Shown here: positions 9,497 through 19,104 of the stretch, one piece after another
Numbering within the stretch: the first letter of the stretch is position 1
Layout: each line of letters opens with the position of its first letter
Translations under genes and position numbers: made by a program
Assembly (NCBI GenBank): GCA_021850485.1
Contig: JAJZLY010000007.1
Span: 26,973-90,972 of the forward strand
DNA length: 64,000 nucleotides
Direction of reading: 5' to 3'
From: Bacillota bacterium
Lineage (GTDB): Bacteria; Bacillota; Sulfobacillia; JAJZYS01; JAJZLH01
Notes under the pieces: model-generated
What the model was told of the DNA's origin: nothing
What the model saw: only the letters and a program-made list of their open reading frames with translations
Databases searched by the model: none

Positions 9497-10539
9497 CTGG
9501 CGGCTTCAGCCTGCACTGGCAGCGAGCCGGCCAGCACCGTCCGGTACAAGTCGGCGTAAAGGGCGGCCTCCTGATCGACGTTATAGACCGACGTCGCCCG
9601 CCGCTTGGCAGCTCGACCCAGCGCTACCCGCAGCGGCCGGTTCAGCGCCAGCTGGCGAGCCTCGGCCACCGCCTGACCCGGCTCAGAGAAGAGCAACCCG
9701 ACCGCTTCTTGTCCGGCAACATGGCCGAGGGCCGCCCTGTTGCCCATGTTGTCCTGGGCCAAGGTGGGCTTGCCGAATGCCATCGCCTCGAGCAGGCTGT
9801 TGGCCAGCCCCTCCGCTTCCGAGGTGTTGAGGACCACGTCCGCGGCCCGGTACAGTCCGCCGACCTGCTCGTAGGGAACAGCACCCAGCCACTGCATCCA
9901 CGGATGGGCCGCCGCCTTGGCTGCCACCTCGGCGACTAGAGCCGAGTCCATTTCGGCGCCAGCCACCAGCAGGCGCGCCTGGGGCACAGTGGGGAGCAGC
10001 CGCTCCACGATGTCGACGGCCGCCAGTGGCCTCTTGACGGCTCGCATCCCCGCTGGCAGAAAGAACACGATGTCCTGGGCCGAAAGTCCCAGTCGCCGGC
10101 GCCAGCTGGCACCGGGCGGCTTCAGGGCGCCCGGTGGCACCACCACCACCGGCGTGGTCAGTTCAGGCAGCAGTTGGCCGAGACGGGCGCCTTCAGAACG
10201 ATCAAAGACCACCACCGCCGCCGCGTCTGCCAGCACTGGCAGTAGCGTCTGGCGGCCGCTGGGGTCGGCCAGATCCGCGGACAGGTCTGTGCCGGTCAGC
10301 GTGATCACGTAGGGGAGTCCATTGGCCTGTGCCACCTGGCGCACAGCCAGCCCAGTGCGCCGGGCATGCATGCCATGCAAAATCTGGACGCCGCTCAGCC
10401 GGTCACCTGTCTCGATGTCTGAGCGCCGCACTGGCGTTGCCGCCAGCCCCAGTTTGCCGACCGCCCGCGCCATGCGCTGGGCGGTGACGGTGTTGCCGCT
10501 TCCCGGCCACAGTTCGTCGGCCACCACAATCTGAATCAA
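9493..10539 (-). CDS. GT4 glycosyltransferase of the SenB/GLT1D1-like clade
   Basis: GSGNTVTAQR, HARR, LTGTDL, RAVKRP, WLGAVP, NTSEAEGLANSLLEAM. TTG at 10539 with AAGGAG 7 nt upstream (the track start 10569 is less likely). Confidence 0.85.
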   Translation of the reverse strand: MIQIVVADELWPGSGNTVTAQRMARAVGKLGLAATPVRRSDIETGDRLSGVQILHGMHARRTGLAVRQVAQANGLPYVITLTGTDLSADLADPSGRQTLLPVLADAAAVVVFDRSEGARLGQLLPELTTPVVVVPPGALKPPGASWRRRLGLSAQDIVFFLPAGMRAVKRPLAAVDIVERLLPTVPQARLLVAGAEMDSALVAEVAAKAAAHPWMQWLGAVPYEQVGGLYRAADVVLNTSEAEGLANSLLEAMAFGKPTLAQDNMGNRAALGHVAGQEAVGLLFSEPGQAVAEARQLALNRPLRVALGRAAKRRATSVYNVDQEAALYADLYRTVLAGSLPVQAEAAR

Positions 10540-10624
10540 GTTGATGCTCCTTCTCGGACTCTGAGCCAAGACAAGGCACTGGCGGGGTCCCTAAACTCCC
10601 CGGTGCAAACCTTCGACTGGAGTT

Positions 10625-10669
10625 AGTGTACCAGAGCCGGGCCGACCGTGCTACATAAAACATAGTAGC
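10625..10669 (-). promoter_or_regulatory. Putative extended -10 promoter with upstream palindromic operator for the GT/Mo-hydroxylase operon
   Basis: TGGTACACT on the minus strand at 10633-10625, and a GCTAC-N10-GTAGC palindrome at 10650-10669. Confidence 0.45.
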
Positions 10670-10708
10670 GGGTGGCGACTTGGGCCGGTGCCACGGCGCC
10701 GCCTCACG

Positions 10709-11566
10709 TCAACGCCCGATCAGGATGCCCAGGGCCAAGACACCGCCGACGATTAGGTCGATGCGCGCGGCCGAAGGCAGCAGCCGAGTCGACTCTGTCT
10801 CCCGGTACAGCCCGCCGACCAGCGGCAGAGCCAGCAGGCTCAGTGCGGACCAAGGCGGCAGGGCGCCCAGCAACATCCACAATGCCGGCAACACCACCCC
10901 GGTCGCCGCCAGTATTATGAGCAGGACTTTCCCCCGCCGCTCGCCGAGGCGGCCGACTAGGGTGCGCCGGCCCTTGGCCAAATCCTGAGTGCGGTCGCGC
11001 AGGTGATTGGCCACCAAGATCGCCGCCGTAAGCAGCCCCACCGCCACCCCGGCCAGCAAGCCGCCGACGGTGACCTGACCGCTGGCGGCCAGTTGCACGG
11101 CGATGACCTCCAAAGGACCCATCAGCCAGAACACCCAGGCCTCGCCCACGACGCTGGCCGAAAGCGGCCTCGGACCCAAGCTGTACAGTCCGTTGCCAGC
11201 CGCTGCCAACAGGCCCATGGCCAATAGCGGCCAGCCTCTGGCGGCCACCAGCACCAGCCCGCCGCCCAGAGCCAGCAGGAAGATCAATACCGCCAGTTGG
11301 GCGACCCGGCCGGCGGAAAGTTCGCCGCTGACCAGCACGCCGGCGATACCAGCAGATTCCCGGCTGTCCAGTCCGTGATGGAAGTCCGCATATTCGTTGA
11401 TCACATTAGCCCCGATCTGGAGCAACACCGCCACTGCCACCATCACCAGCCACAGCGGCCAGGAGAACTGCCGGCCGGCGGCCAGCGCACCGCCCACCAG
11501 CACGGGCGCCGCCGTGGCGGCCAAGGTGGGTAGGCGGGTCAACCGCAGTAGCTGACGCCAGCTCAC
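10709..11566 (-). CDS. menA: 1,4-dihydroxy-2-naphthoate polyprenyltransferase
   Basis: RLPTL, NVINEYADFHHGLD, ANHLRDRTQDLAKGRRTL. Multi-TM, at the end of the men operon. Confidence 0.88.
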   Translation of the reverse strand: MSWRQLLRLTRLPTLAATAAPVLVGGALAAGRQFSWPLWLVMVAVAVLLQIGANVINEYADFHHGLDSRESAGIAGVLVSGELSAGRVAQLAVLIFLLALGGGLVLVAARGWPLLAMGLLAAAGNGLYSLGPRPLSASVVGEAWVFWLMGPLEVIAVQLAASGQVTVGGLLAGVAVGLLTAAILVANHLRDRTQDLAKGRRTLVGRLGERRGKVLLIILAATGVVLPALWMLLGALPPWSALSLLALPLVGGLYRETESTRLLPSAARIDLIVGGVLALGILIGR

Positions 11567-12975
11567 GGCCGTACCTCGGCCTGTTCAGCCAGCGCCGCCA
11601 ACTCGCCGTGCAACACCTTGCCCAGGGGGCCTTTGGGCAGTTGTGAGACGAAGCGGATCTCCTTCGGGACCTGGTACGGCGCCAAGAAGCTGCGACAGTG
11701 GGCGAGCAGCGACTGTGCGCCGATGCGGCGATCGGGCACCACCACCAGCGCCCACGGCACTTGGCCCCAAGTTGCGTCCAGGTGGCCAAACACGGCGGCG
11801 TCGAGCACAACTGGATGGCTCCTCAACACCAACTCCACCTCATAGGGCGTCACCTTCTCGCCGCCGGAGATGATCAGGTCTTGAGCTCTGCCCCCGACCC
11901 AAAGTTCCCCCTGGTCTCCCAATCTGCCCACATCGCCCGTATGCAGCCAGCCACCCTGGAGCACCTGGCGGCTGGCCGTTTCATCTTGCCAGTAGCCTGA
12001 GAACAGGGTCGGCCCTGCGATCAAGATTTCTCCCTCAGCCTCGGTCCCATCGATGCGGATCTGGCTGGAAGATAGCGGCCAGCCGGCGCTGGCGGTCAGG
12101 GCTGCCGGCGATCCAGGCGGCAACACTGCCACCTGGGAAGCGGTCTCGGTCAGACCGTAGGTGGTCGCCACCGGCAGGCCACGCCCGATGGCCTCTTCCA
12201 GCATCTCGCGCGGCGCTGGCCCGCCGCCGATCATCGCCAGGCGCAGGCCAGATGGCAGGGCGTGGCGGAGCGCCAACAGGCGCTGCAAGGTGGTGGCGAC
12301 CAGGGAGAGGTGCGTCAGCTGATGGCGGTCAATGGCGTCTGCCATGGCCTCTGCCGAAAAGTCCTCGGCCAGGGCAACGGGTATCTGTGCCAGCGCCGAG
12401 CGCACCAGGATGCCAAGGCCGCCCACATGAAACAGCGGCAATGAGGCCAGCCAGCGGTCAGTGGGCTGGACGCCGATCAGGTCGAGATGCTGGCGGGCGC
12501 TGGCGATCAGCGCGCCCTGGCTGAGGATGGCGCCCTTGGCCGTACCGGTGGTCCCGGAAGTAAAAATGATCAGGGCCGGCGTGTCGGCGTGCCGTGGCGC
12601 CCTCACCACGGTCTCACTGGCGACAGGCAGCTCCTCGGCAGTCGGCTGCTCGGCAGTGAGGGTGCAGGTGGCTTCCACCAAGGCGATACGTCGGTCCCGC
12701 TCGGCACTCGGCAGCCGGGGGTCCAGCGGCACAGCTACCGCCGCCAGGCTCCAGATCGCCCACAGCGCCTCCACCATCTGCCGCCCGTGCGGCAAGACTA
12801 GGGCCACCCGATCGCCAGGGCCCACCCCCTGGGCGACCAGCGAGTTGGCGACGCGCTGCACCTGCTCGTCGAGCTGCCGCCAGGTCAGGGCAAAGCTGGC
12901 GTCCAGCAGCGCCGACTCATCTGGGCGCTGACTGGCCGCCAGGCGGATCAACTGGCCCAAGGCGGGCTGCGCCAT
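11563..12975 (-). CDS. menE: o-succinylbenzoate-CoA ligase
   Basis: FTSGTTGTAKG, LPLFHVGGL, TYGLTETASQ, LHTGDVG, IISGGEKV. Follows menB. Confidence 0.9.
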   Translation of the reverse strand: MAQPALGQLIRLAASQRPDESALLDASFALTWRQLDEQVQRVANSLVAQGVGPGDRVALVLPHGRQMVEALWAIWSLAAVAVPLDPRLPSAERDRRIALVEATCTLTAEQPTAEELPVASETVVRAPRHADTPALIIFTSGTTGTAKGAILSQGALIASARQHLDLIGVQPTDRWLASLPLFHVGGLGILVRSALAQIPVALAEDFSAEAMADAIDRHQLTHLSLVATTLQRLLALRHALPSGLRLAMIGGGPAPREMLEEAIGRGLPVATTYGLTETASQVAVLPPGSPAALTASAGWPLSSSQIRIDGTEAEGEILIAGPTLFSGYWQDETASRQVLQGGWLHTGDVGRLGDQGELWVGGRAQDLIISGGEKVTPYEVELVLRSHPVVLDAAVFGHLDATWGQVPWALVVVPDRRIGAQSLLAHCRSFLAPYQVPKEIRFVSQLPKGPLGKVLHGELAALAEQAEVRP

Positions 12976-12978
12976 CGT

Positions 12979-13815
12979 CTAGGGCAGGCGCGGGAACTTC
13001 TTGAAGTCGGGAGCGCGTTTTTCCAAATAGGCGTTGCGTCCCTCTTGGCCCTCGGCCGACATGTAATAGAGCATGGTGGCATCTCCCGCCAGTTGCTGGA
13101 TTCCAGCCAGGCCGTCGGTGTCGGCGTTGAAGGCAGCCTTGAGGAAGCGCAGGGCGATCGGGCTCTTTTGCAACATCTCGCGGGCCCACTCGACGGTCTC
13201 CGCCTCCAGCTCGGCCAGCGGCACGACCTGATTGACCAACCCCATCTGCAACGCCTCTTGGGCATCGTACTGGCGGCATAGATACCAGATCTCCCGGGCC
13301 CGCTTGTGCCCGACCATGCGGGCCAGCATGGTGGCACCGTAGCCGGCGTCGAAGCTGCCGACTTTGGGTCCAGTCTGACCAAAGCGGGCGTTATCGGCGG
13401 CAATGGTGAGATCGCACACGACGTGCAAAACATGGCCGCCGCCGATGGCGTAGCCTGCCACCATGGCGATCACCGGCTTGGGCAAAAGCCGGATCTGCCG
13501 CTGCAGGGCCAGCACGTTGAGTCTGGGCACACCGTCTTTGCCCACATACCCGGCGTCTCCGCGAATCCGCTGGTCGCCGCCCGAGCAAAACGCCTGGTCT
13601 CCCTGACCGGTGAGGATCACCACCCCCACCTCGGGGTCCTCGTGCGCTCGGGTGAAGGCCTGAGCGAGCTCATCCACCGTCTCCGGACGAAACGCATTGC
13701 GCACCTCGGGGCGGTTGATCGTGATCTTGGCCATGCCCTCAGCCGCTTCATAGATCACGTCTTGGTAGCTGCCTTGGCGCTGCCAGTTGGGGATCTTGCG
13801 CATCTGTTCAGCCAC
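12979..13815 (-). CDS. menB: 1,4-dihydroxy-2-naphthoyl-CoA synthase
   Basis: [53 protein letters not shown]. Confidence 0.97.
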   Translation of the reverse strand: MAEQMRKIPNWQRQGSYQDVIYEAAEGMAKITINRPEVRNAFRPETVDELAQAFTRAHEDPEVGVVILTGQGDQAFCSGGDQRIRGDAGYVGKDGVPRLNVLALQRQIRLLPKPVIAMVAGYAIGGGHVLHVVCDLTIAADNARFGQTGPKVGSFDAGYGATMLARMVGHKRAREIWYLCRQYDAQEALQMGLVNQVVPLAELEAETVEWAREMLQKSPIALRFLKAAFNADTDGLAGIQQLAGDATMLYYMSAEGQEGRNAYLEKRAPDFKKFPRLP

Positions 13816-14660
13816 TAGCGGACCCTCCTTTGATCGGACACGCGGATCTGATCGTCCGGTCTGGGCGTCATCACCTGGCGCAAAAACGTCCAGATGGCTT
13901 CGGCTGCCTCGGCTGGTGCCTCCAGGTGGAGATTGTGCCCGGCGCCGGATACCACCGCTCCCTCAGCCTTGGGGATGGCCGCCACCAGCCGCTCCAATTG
14001 GCTTACATAGGTCTGGTCCTCGCGGCCAGCCAGCACCAATGTCGGCACCGCCAGTCCGGCCAGCTGCTCTGTGCTGAGGCCGGTACGGGCCTGGCCACCA
14101 CCGGCCAGCGCCTCAGCTAGCCCGATCGGGTCTTGGCCCATGCGGATGCGCCGTTGGGCGGCCAGGCGGCTGGCTGGCAGACGGCGCTGGCTGGCAAATA
14201 CGCTCTGGGTCTCCCAGCGAGCCACGAACGCGGAAATCGAGTCTCGGGACATCTGGGCGGCAAGGGCGAGGTCGGCGGCCAGTCTGTCTTGGCGCTGAGA
14301 GTCGGGCAGGGCCAGGCTCATGCTTTCCAACACCAGCGCCCACCACCGCCGCGGCTGGTCAAGGGCCGCCCGGGCCGCCAGGCGGGCGCCAAAGGAATAT
14401 CCGACCAGCGCCGCCTGGGCAACCTCAAGCCGGTCCAACAGCTCACTCAGCGCAGCGAGCGTCTCCTCAACGTACGAGGCGGCCGCTATGCCCAGGCTCC
14501 GGCCGTGGCCGGGCAGATCGACCGCCACCGTTCGAAAGCCGGCGCAAAGTCGATCTTGGAGGTCAGCCATCGACCGGCCGTCTTGGGCAAAGCCGTGCAA
14601 CAAGACGACCGTCGGCCCTGAGCCACGCACGGTCGTGGCCAGCGGCGTGAGCTTAGACAC
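13815..14660 (-). CDS. menH: SHCHC synthase (alpha/beta hydrolase)
   Basis: LHGF, DLPGHG, GYSFGAR, GHNLHLE, located between menD and menB. GTG at 14660 after GGGGAGG. Confidence 0.85.
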   Translation of the reverse strand: MSKLTPLATTVRGSGPTVVLLHGFAQDGRSMADLQDRLCAGFRTVAVDLPGHGRSLGIAAASYVEETLAALSELLDRLEVAQAALVGYSFGARLAARAALDQPRRWWALVLESMSLALPDSQRQDRLAADLALAAQMSRDSISAFVARWETQSVFASQRRLPASRLAAQRRIRMGQDPIGLAEALAGGGQARTGLSTEQLAGLAVPTLVLAGREDQTYVSQLERLVAAIPKAEGAVVSGAGHNLHLEAPAEAAEAIWTFLRQVMTPRPDDQIRVSDQRRVR

Positions 14661-16383
14661 GACTGCGCACCTCCCCGATCGCAGCCAGGGCCCGGCCCCC
14701 CGCTTCTTGCCACAACGCTTGATGACCAAGGAGGTTCGCTCTCCGCTCGCTAGGCACCTCGATCACATCAACGCCGCGGGAAGCTGCAGGTCGGGACAGA
14801 GCCTGGCGCAAGCCAGGGCGCGTAGCGACCCGCTGCCAGCTGCCGCCCCAGGCCAAGACCAGTTCTTGGAACGACTGGCCGTGCGGCGTTCCAAACACCG
14901 TCTCGAACTCGGGCGCCGCCACCTGTGGCAGCATGGAAAAAATACCGCCGCCGTCGTTGTGAATCAGCACCACCCGGAGCGAAAGACCCAGCCGTCTGGC
15001 GGTGAGCAGGGCGGATTGGTCGTGCAAAAAAGACAGATCCCCGATCAGTAAGGTGGGGTGGGTGCCGCTGCTGGCCACTCCCAGCGCCGTCGACGTGACG
15101 CCGTCGATGCCGCTGGCACCGCGGTTGGCGAAGATCTCCACCAGTCTGCCGCCCACCGGCCAGGTGGCGTCCAGATCGCGAATCGGCATGGAATTTCCGA
15201 CCACCAGCGGCCGACCTGCACCAAGCGCAGTTCGCAGGGTCAAGACGGTGGAGAGTTCGCTCAGTGGCCCTTGACTCGCCCCGAGCACCTCCTGCCACGC
15301 CGCCTGGTCGGCCATCTGCCAGCGTTCGCTCCAGATCCTGTCGGGTCGTTGCCGAATGCGCCCGGCCAGAGCTGCGGCGGCCAGGCCCAGTTGGCCAGGG
15401 ACCACCAGGCCCTCGCCAAGGGCGGGGTCTGGCCACGTCGCCGTATCCGCCAGCCAGACCCGGGGAACGTCTTGCCATTCGCTCAGGGTACGCAGCAGGG
15501 CCGCCGAAATGGGTGCCTGACCCGCCATCAGCAAGACCTCGGGGCGAAGCTGCTGGCGGACCTCTTGGTCACGCAGGAAGAGATCGTAGTGTGCGATCCG
15601 CGCCGCTCCTTGGCCGGGACCGGTCCGTAGCTGGGACAAGGGATCGACTAGGATCGGCCAGCCCAGCGTCTTAGCCAGGTGCAAGAGCGGCCGGCCATGG
15701 ACGTGTGCGGGAAGAGGCCCAGCCACCACCAGGCCACGTCTGCCAGCCAGACGAGCCTCAGCCGCGCCCACGGTGGGGCGGGTCGGCGCCGTCGTCGCCG
15801 TCCCCCATAGGAGCTGGGGCGAAGTCTGGGCACTGACTTTGGCGGTCGCAAACAGCGGCTCGCGCAGGGGCAGATTGATGTGCACCGGCCCCATCGGCGC
15901 GCCCTGGGCGACTGCCAGGGCCCGGGCTGTGATGTAGGCCGGGAACAGACTTTGGGTGGCATCGGCCAAGGCGTCGGCGAAGATCTCCCAGGCACCCAAC
16001 ACCTGGTCGCCAAACAAGCGGGTCTGAGAAATCGTCTGCGGTGCACCGACTCCTTGCGCTTCTGGCGGTCGGTCGGCGGTCAGCACGATCAGGGGCACCT
16101 GGCCGTGGGCAGCCTCCACCACCGCCGGCATCAGATTGGCGGCCGCTGTCCCCGAGGTGGTGAGGATCGCAACCGGTGCACGACTGGCTTTCGCCCGCCC
16201 CAAGGCGAAGAAGCCCATCGACCGTTCGTCGAGGTGGACGGTGACCTCGAGGCCGCTATGGCGGCTAAGAGCCAACGCCAGCGGCCCCGAGCGCGACCCT
16301 GGTGCCAAGCAGACCGTCTCAACACCGCCAGCGACTAGCGCATCGGCCAGTGCAGTTAGGGCTGGATGGTCAGCGCCAGCCAT
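14653..16383 (-). CDS. menD: SEPHCHC synthase
   Basis: PGSRSGPLA, DERSMGFFALG, TSGTAAANL, LTADRP, NRGASGIDG, GDLSFLHD, NDGGGIF. ATG at 16383. Confidence 0.95.
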   Translation of the reverse strand: MAGADHPALTALADALVAGGVETVCLAPGSRSGPLALALSRHSGLEVTVHLDERSMGFFALGRAKASRAPVAILTTSGTAAANLMPAVVEAAHGQVPLIVLTADRPPEAQGVGAPQTISQTRLFGDQVLGAWEIFADALADATQSLFPAYITARALAVAQGAPMGPVHINLPLREPLFATAKVSAQTSPQLLWGTATTAPTRPTVGAAEARLAGRRGLVVAGPLPAHVHGRPLLHLAKTLGWPILVDPLSQLRTGPGQGAARIAHYDLFLRDQEVRQQLRPEVLLMAGQAPISAALLRTLSEWQDVPRVWLADTATWPDPALGEGLVVPGQLGLAAAALAGRIRQRPDRIWSERWQMADQAAWQEVLGASQGPLSELSTVLTLRTALGAGRPLVVGNSMPIRDLDATWPVGGRLVEIFANRGASGIDGVTSTALGVASSGTHPTLLIGDLSFLHDQSALLTARRLGLSLRVVLIHNDGGGIFSMLPQVAAPEFETVFGTPHGQSFQELVLAWGGSWQRVATRPGLRQALSRPAASRGVDVIEVPSERRANLLGHQALWQEAGGRALAAIGEVRSRV

Positions 16384-17572
16384 CGGCTCCACCCCTCTCC
16401 AAAGCGCCTTGTACCACCCGCAATTTCGCCCCAGTCTCCTGCCACTCGGCGTCCGGCTCAGATCCCCGCACCAGACCGCCACCGGCGAACAGGTGTGCCT
16501 TTGGCCCACTCAGCAGCGCACAGCGGATGGCGACCACCGCATGAGCTTCCCCCGTGGCCTCAGCCCAGCCCACCACACCTCCGTAGTAGCCGCGGCCAAA
16601 CGGCTCCTGGCGGCGAATCCACTGCAGCGCCTCGCTGCGTGGCTCACCGGCCAGGGCGGGTGTCGGGTGGAGCAAGGTGAGCAGGGCGTAAAAGGAACTG
16701 GCGGAGTCCGCCTTTGCCTCGACCGTGGCCGTCAGATGGCGAAAGGAGCCCTGGTGCACCTCACTGAGTGCACTGTGGACCGGAGTCAGTCCCAGAGTCC
16801 GAAACGCGCGGTCGACATAACTCTCGACAACGGCCTGCTCCCGTCTCTCCTTATCCCGCCAGGCACCACCATCACCAACGGCGCCATCGATCAGCGTCCC
16901 AGCCAGGCAGGCCGTCTGCAGCCTGCCCTGGCGGTAGGACACCAATAACTCAGGGCTGGCGCCCACAAAGTCCTGCCCGCCCACCCGCCACGACCAGACG
17001 GTAGCCGCCTGGTTGCCGCGGACCAGTTCCGCCACCGTGCCCGGTACATCGATCGGATGATCGTAGGTCAAATCCAAGCGCCGGGCCAAGACCACCTTGT
17101 CGATCTGCCCGGCCGAAATCGCCGCAGTGGTGCGCCGTACCCGATCCGCCCAGTCCGCATGCTCGGGTCTGAGCCGGCTGCGCAGCGGTCGCCAGGCGGC
17201 CATCTCCGGGCCCGATTGCTGCGGCCACTCCCCAGGCGCCGGAACCCACTGCCCCGGAACCAGGACCAGACCCGGCGGCAGGCCGCGCCACAGGCCGCGG
17301 CAGCTATCTGGCTGAAAGGCCATGAGAAAGGCCACCCGCTCGCCCTCGGCCCGCTCCAGGGCTGCTCCCGTCACCGCCTCAAGGTCCTGCGTTCGCTCTA
17401 GGCGAGTGCACTGGCGCACGCCGAAGCTGAGCCCACCTCGTCCTCCGGCTGGTTTGAGGAAGACTGCGACAGAGGCTGTCTGGTACGCACGCCAGACCGC
17501 CTGCCAGCTGAGTCGATGGCTGGTGGCAGGCGACGCTGAATCGGCGGGGATCACGGGTGAATGACCATTCAC
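16370..17572 (-). CDS. menF: Isochorismate synthase
   Basis: KVVLAR, GASPELL, LAGT, KERREQ, LHPTPALAGEP, RGYYGG, VAIRCA, AEWQET. Confidence 0.9.
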   Translation of the reverse strand: MNGHSPVIPADSASPATSHRLSWQAVWRAYQTASVAVFLKPAGGRGGLSFGVRQCTRLERTQDLEAVTGAALERAEGERVAFLMAFQPDSCRGLWRGLPPGLVLVPGQWVPAPGEWPQQSGPEMAAWRPLRSRLRPEHADWADRVRRTTAAISAGQIDKVVLARRLDLTYDHPIDVPGTVAELVRGNQAATVWSWRVGGQDFVGASPELLVSYRQGRLQTACLAGTLIDGAVGDGGAWRDKERREQAVVESYVDRAFRTLGLTPVHSALSEVHQGSFRHLTATVEAKADSASSFYALLTLLHPTPALAGEPRSEALQWIRRQEPFGRGYYGGVVGWAEATGEAHAVVAIRCALLSGPKAHLFAGGGLVRGSEPDAEWQETGAKLRVVQGALERGGADGWR

Positions 17573-17619
17573 GCACTCATCCTAACGTCTCGCAGGGCGC
17601 GTCGCAATCGACTCCCGAT

Positions 17620-18210
17620 CTAAAAGATAAAGTTGGCCATGATGAAGATGATCACCAGCTGCATCAGGCCTTGAACCGCCGTGAACGCCAGGTACCGGCG
17701 CATCGTCCGGCCCACCCGGCCCAGGTCCGGCTGGGCCTTTTGGATCTCTAAAAAGACCTGGAGATTGGTTGGCAAGAGGATGCCGATCCCTTGCACGAAC
17801 AAGATCAGGGCCACCACGCCAGCCGCCACGAACCAGCCGTGCAACGGTCCGGGTTGGGAGAAGCCGAGGCGCGTCGCCAGGTAGTAGCCGGAGGTGGTGG
17901 CGACGGCGGCCAGGATCGGCAAGAACACCAAGGTACGCGGCATCAACTGGCTGACCACCGCCCGTCGCCCCTCCAGTGACAGCCGGCGCAGCACCGGTCC
18001 CAGGATGAAGCCGAGGAACAGGTCGATCCCGGTCCAGGCACCTCCGGTCAGCACATGCACATAGTCAAGGGCCAGCAGGTTACCAGAACCGAGCGCTGCG
18101 ATCAGGGCAACCACCAGCGCCCAGGCCCACCAGGATAGGCGCAGGGCACGGCCGAGAAGTTGCCAGCCTGTCTCCACCCGAACCTGTGCCTCGCTCACCG
18201 CTGACGCCAT
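17620..18210 (-). CDS. Hypothetical multi-pass membrane protein
   Basis: About 5 hydrophobic segments with a His in LDYVHVLTGG. GGAGG RBS upstream. Confidence 0.65.
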   Translation of the reverse strand: MASAVSEAQVRVETGWQLLGRALRLSWWAWALVVALIAALGSGNLLALDYVHVLTGGAWTGIDLFLGFILGPVLRRLSLEGRRAVVSQLMPRTLVFLPILAAVATTSGYYLATRLGFSQPGPLHGWFVAAGVVALILFVQGIGILLPTNLQVFLEIQKAQPDLGRVGRTMRRYLAFTAVQGLMQLVIIFIMANFIF

Positions 18211-18267
18211 CGGTCATCCCTCCATAGGTCACCGCTCACGGCCAGCCAGAGCCGAGTCGGCCGCGCC

Positions 18268-19104
18268 TTAACCCTCGGCACCCTGGTCCCTGAGACCATC
18301 CAGCCAGGTGCCGACGATTTGGTTGAACTCACTTGCCCGCTCCAGCGACGGCAGGTGGGCGCAGTGCCGGATGGTGACACGGTGTGCCCCCGGGATCTGC
18401 TCCGCCATCATGGCGGCCTGCAGCTCGATCTCCGGGACGTCCTCATCGCCAATTAGGACCAAGGTCGGTGCCGAGATTTCGCCCAGCCGATCCAGGTCGA
18501 AAGATAGGTTGTCCGTGGGCACCGCATCCGGATTCCAGGCCCGCAGGTAATGATCTCGGTTCATCTCCCGGTACAGGTCCAGCAGATCTGGCGGCACGGC
18601 GCTGAGTGGCCGCCCGAGACCAGCCAACCACACTTGCGCCTCCAATTCGATCAGACGCTCCCACTCGCCGGCTGCTTCCGCCTGCTCGCACGCTCGATAG
18701 ATGTCAGGGCCCTCCAGCTCGCCTGTAAATCCATGCACGCCACTGCCCACCAGCACCAGACTACGCACCCGGTCCGGTGTGGTGAGGGCAACGCGAATCG
18801 CCGCCGCGCCGCCCATTGAGCAACCGACCAGGTCGGCTCGATCAATCTCAAGTGCGTCCATCAGATCCACAATGGCCTGAGCGTCAGAAAACTCTCCAGG
18901 CGCCAGGATGCTCTTGCCAAAGCCGGGTGCGTCCCAAGCCACCACCCGGTGCTGTGCGGCCAGCGGGCCGATCTGGAACTGCCACATGCGGTGGTCAGCG
19001 ACGCCGGCATGCAGGAGCAAGATGGCCGGGCCCTGGCCGGACTCCTGATACCAAACGTCTGTGCCGTGGACCGGCACGGTTCCCTCGCGCACAGGATGGA
19101 TCAC
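18268..19104 (-). CDS. Alpha/beta-fold hydrolase
   Basis: LLHAG, DAPGFG, GCSMGG nucleophile elbow, GDED, AHLPSLE. Confidence 0.88.
   Translation of the reverse strand: MIHPVREGTVPVHGTDVWYQESGQGPAILLLHAGVADHRMWQFQIGPLAAQHRVVAWDAPGFGKSILAPGEFSDAQAIVDLMDALEIDRADLVGCSMGGAAAIRVALTTPDRVRSLVLVGSGVHGFTGELEGPDIYRACEQAEAAGEWERLIELEAQVWLAGLGRPLSAVPPDLLDLYREMNRDHYLRAWNPDAVPTDNLSFDLDRLGEISAPTLVLIGDEDVPEIELQAAMMAEQIPGAHRVTIRHCAHLPSLERASEFNQIVGTWLDGLRDQGAEG

Noticed and set aside
9493..10539. Calling the locus a selenoneine (senABC) cluster
   Set aside because: No SenA/EgtB-like or SelD gene is present in the window. Only the GT resembles SenB.
10540..10624. Moco riboswitch in the leader of the Mo-enzyme operon
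   Set aside because: Only weak hairpins are present and I could not match the Moco RNA consensus. An Infernal search would be needed.
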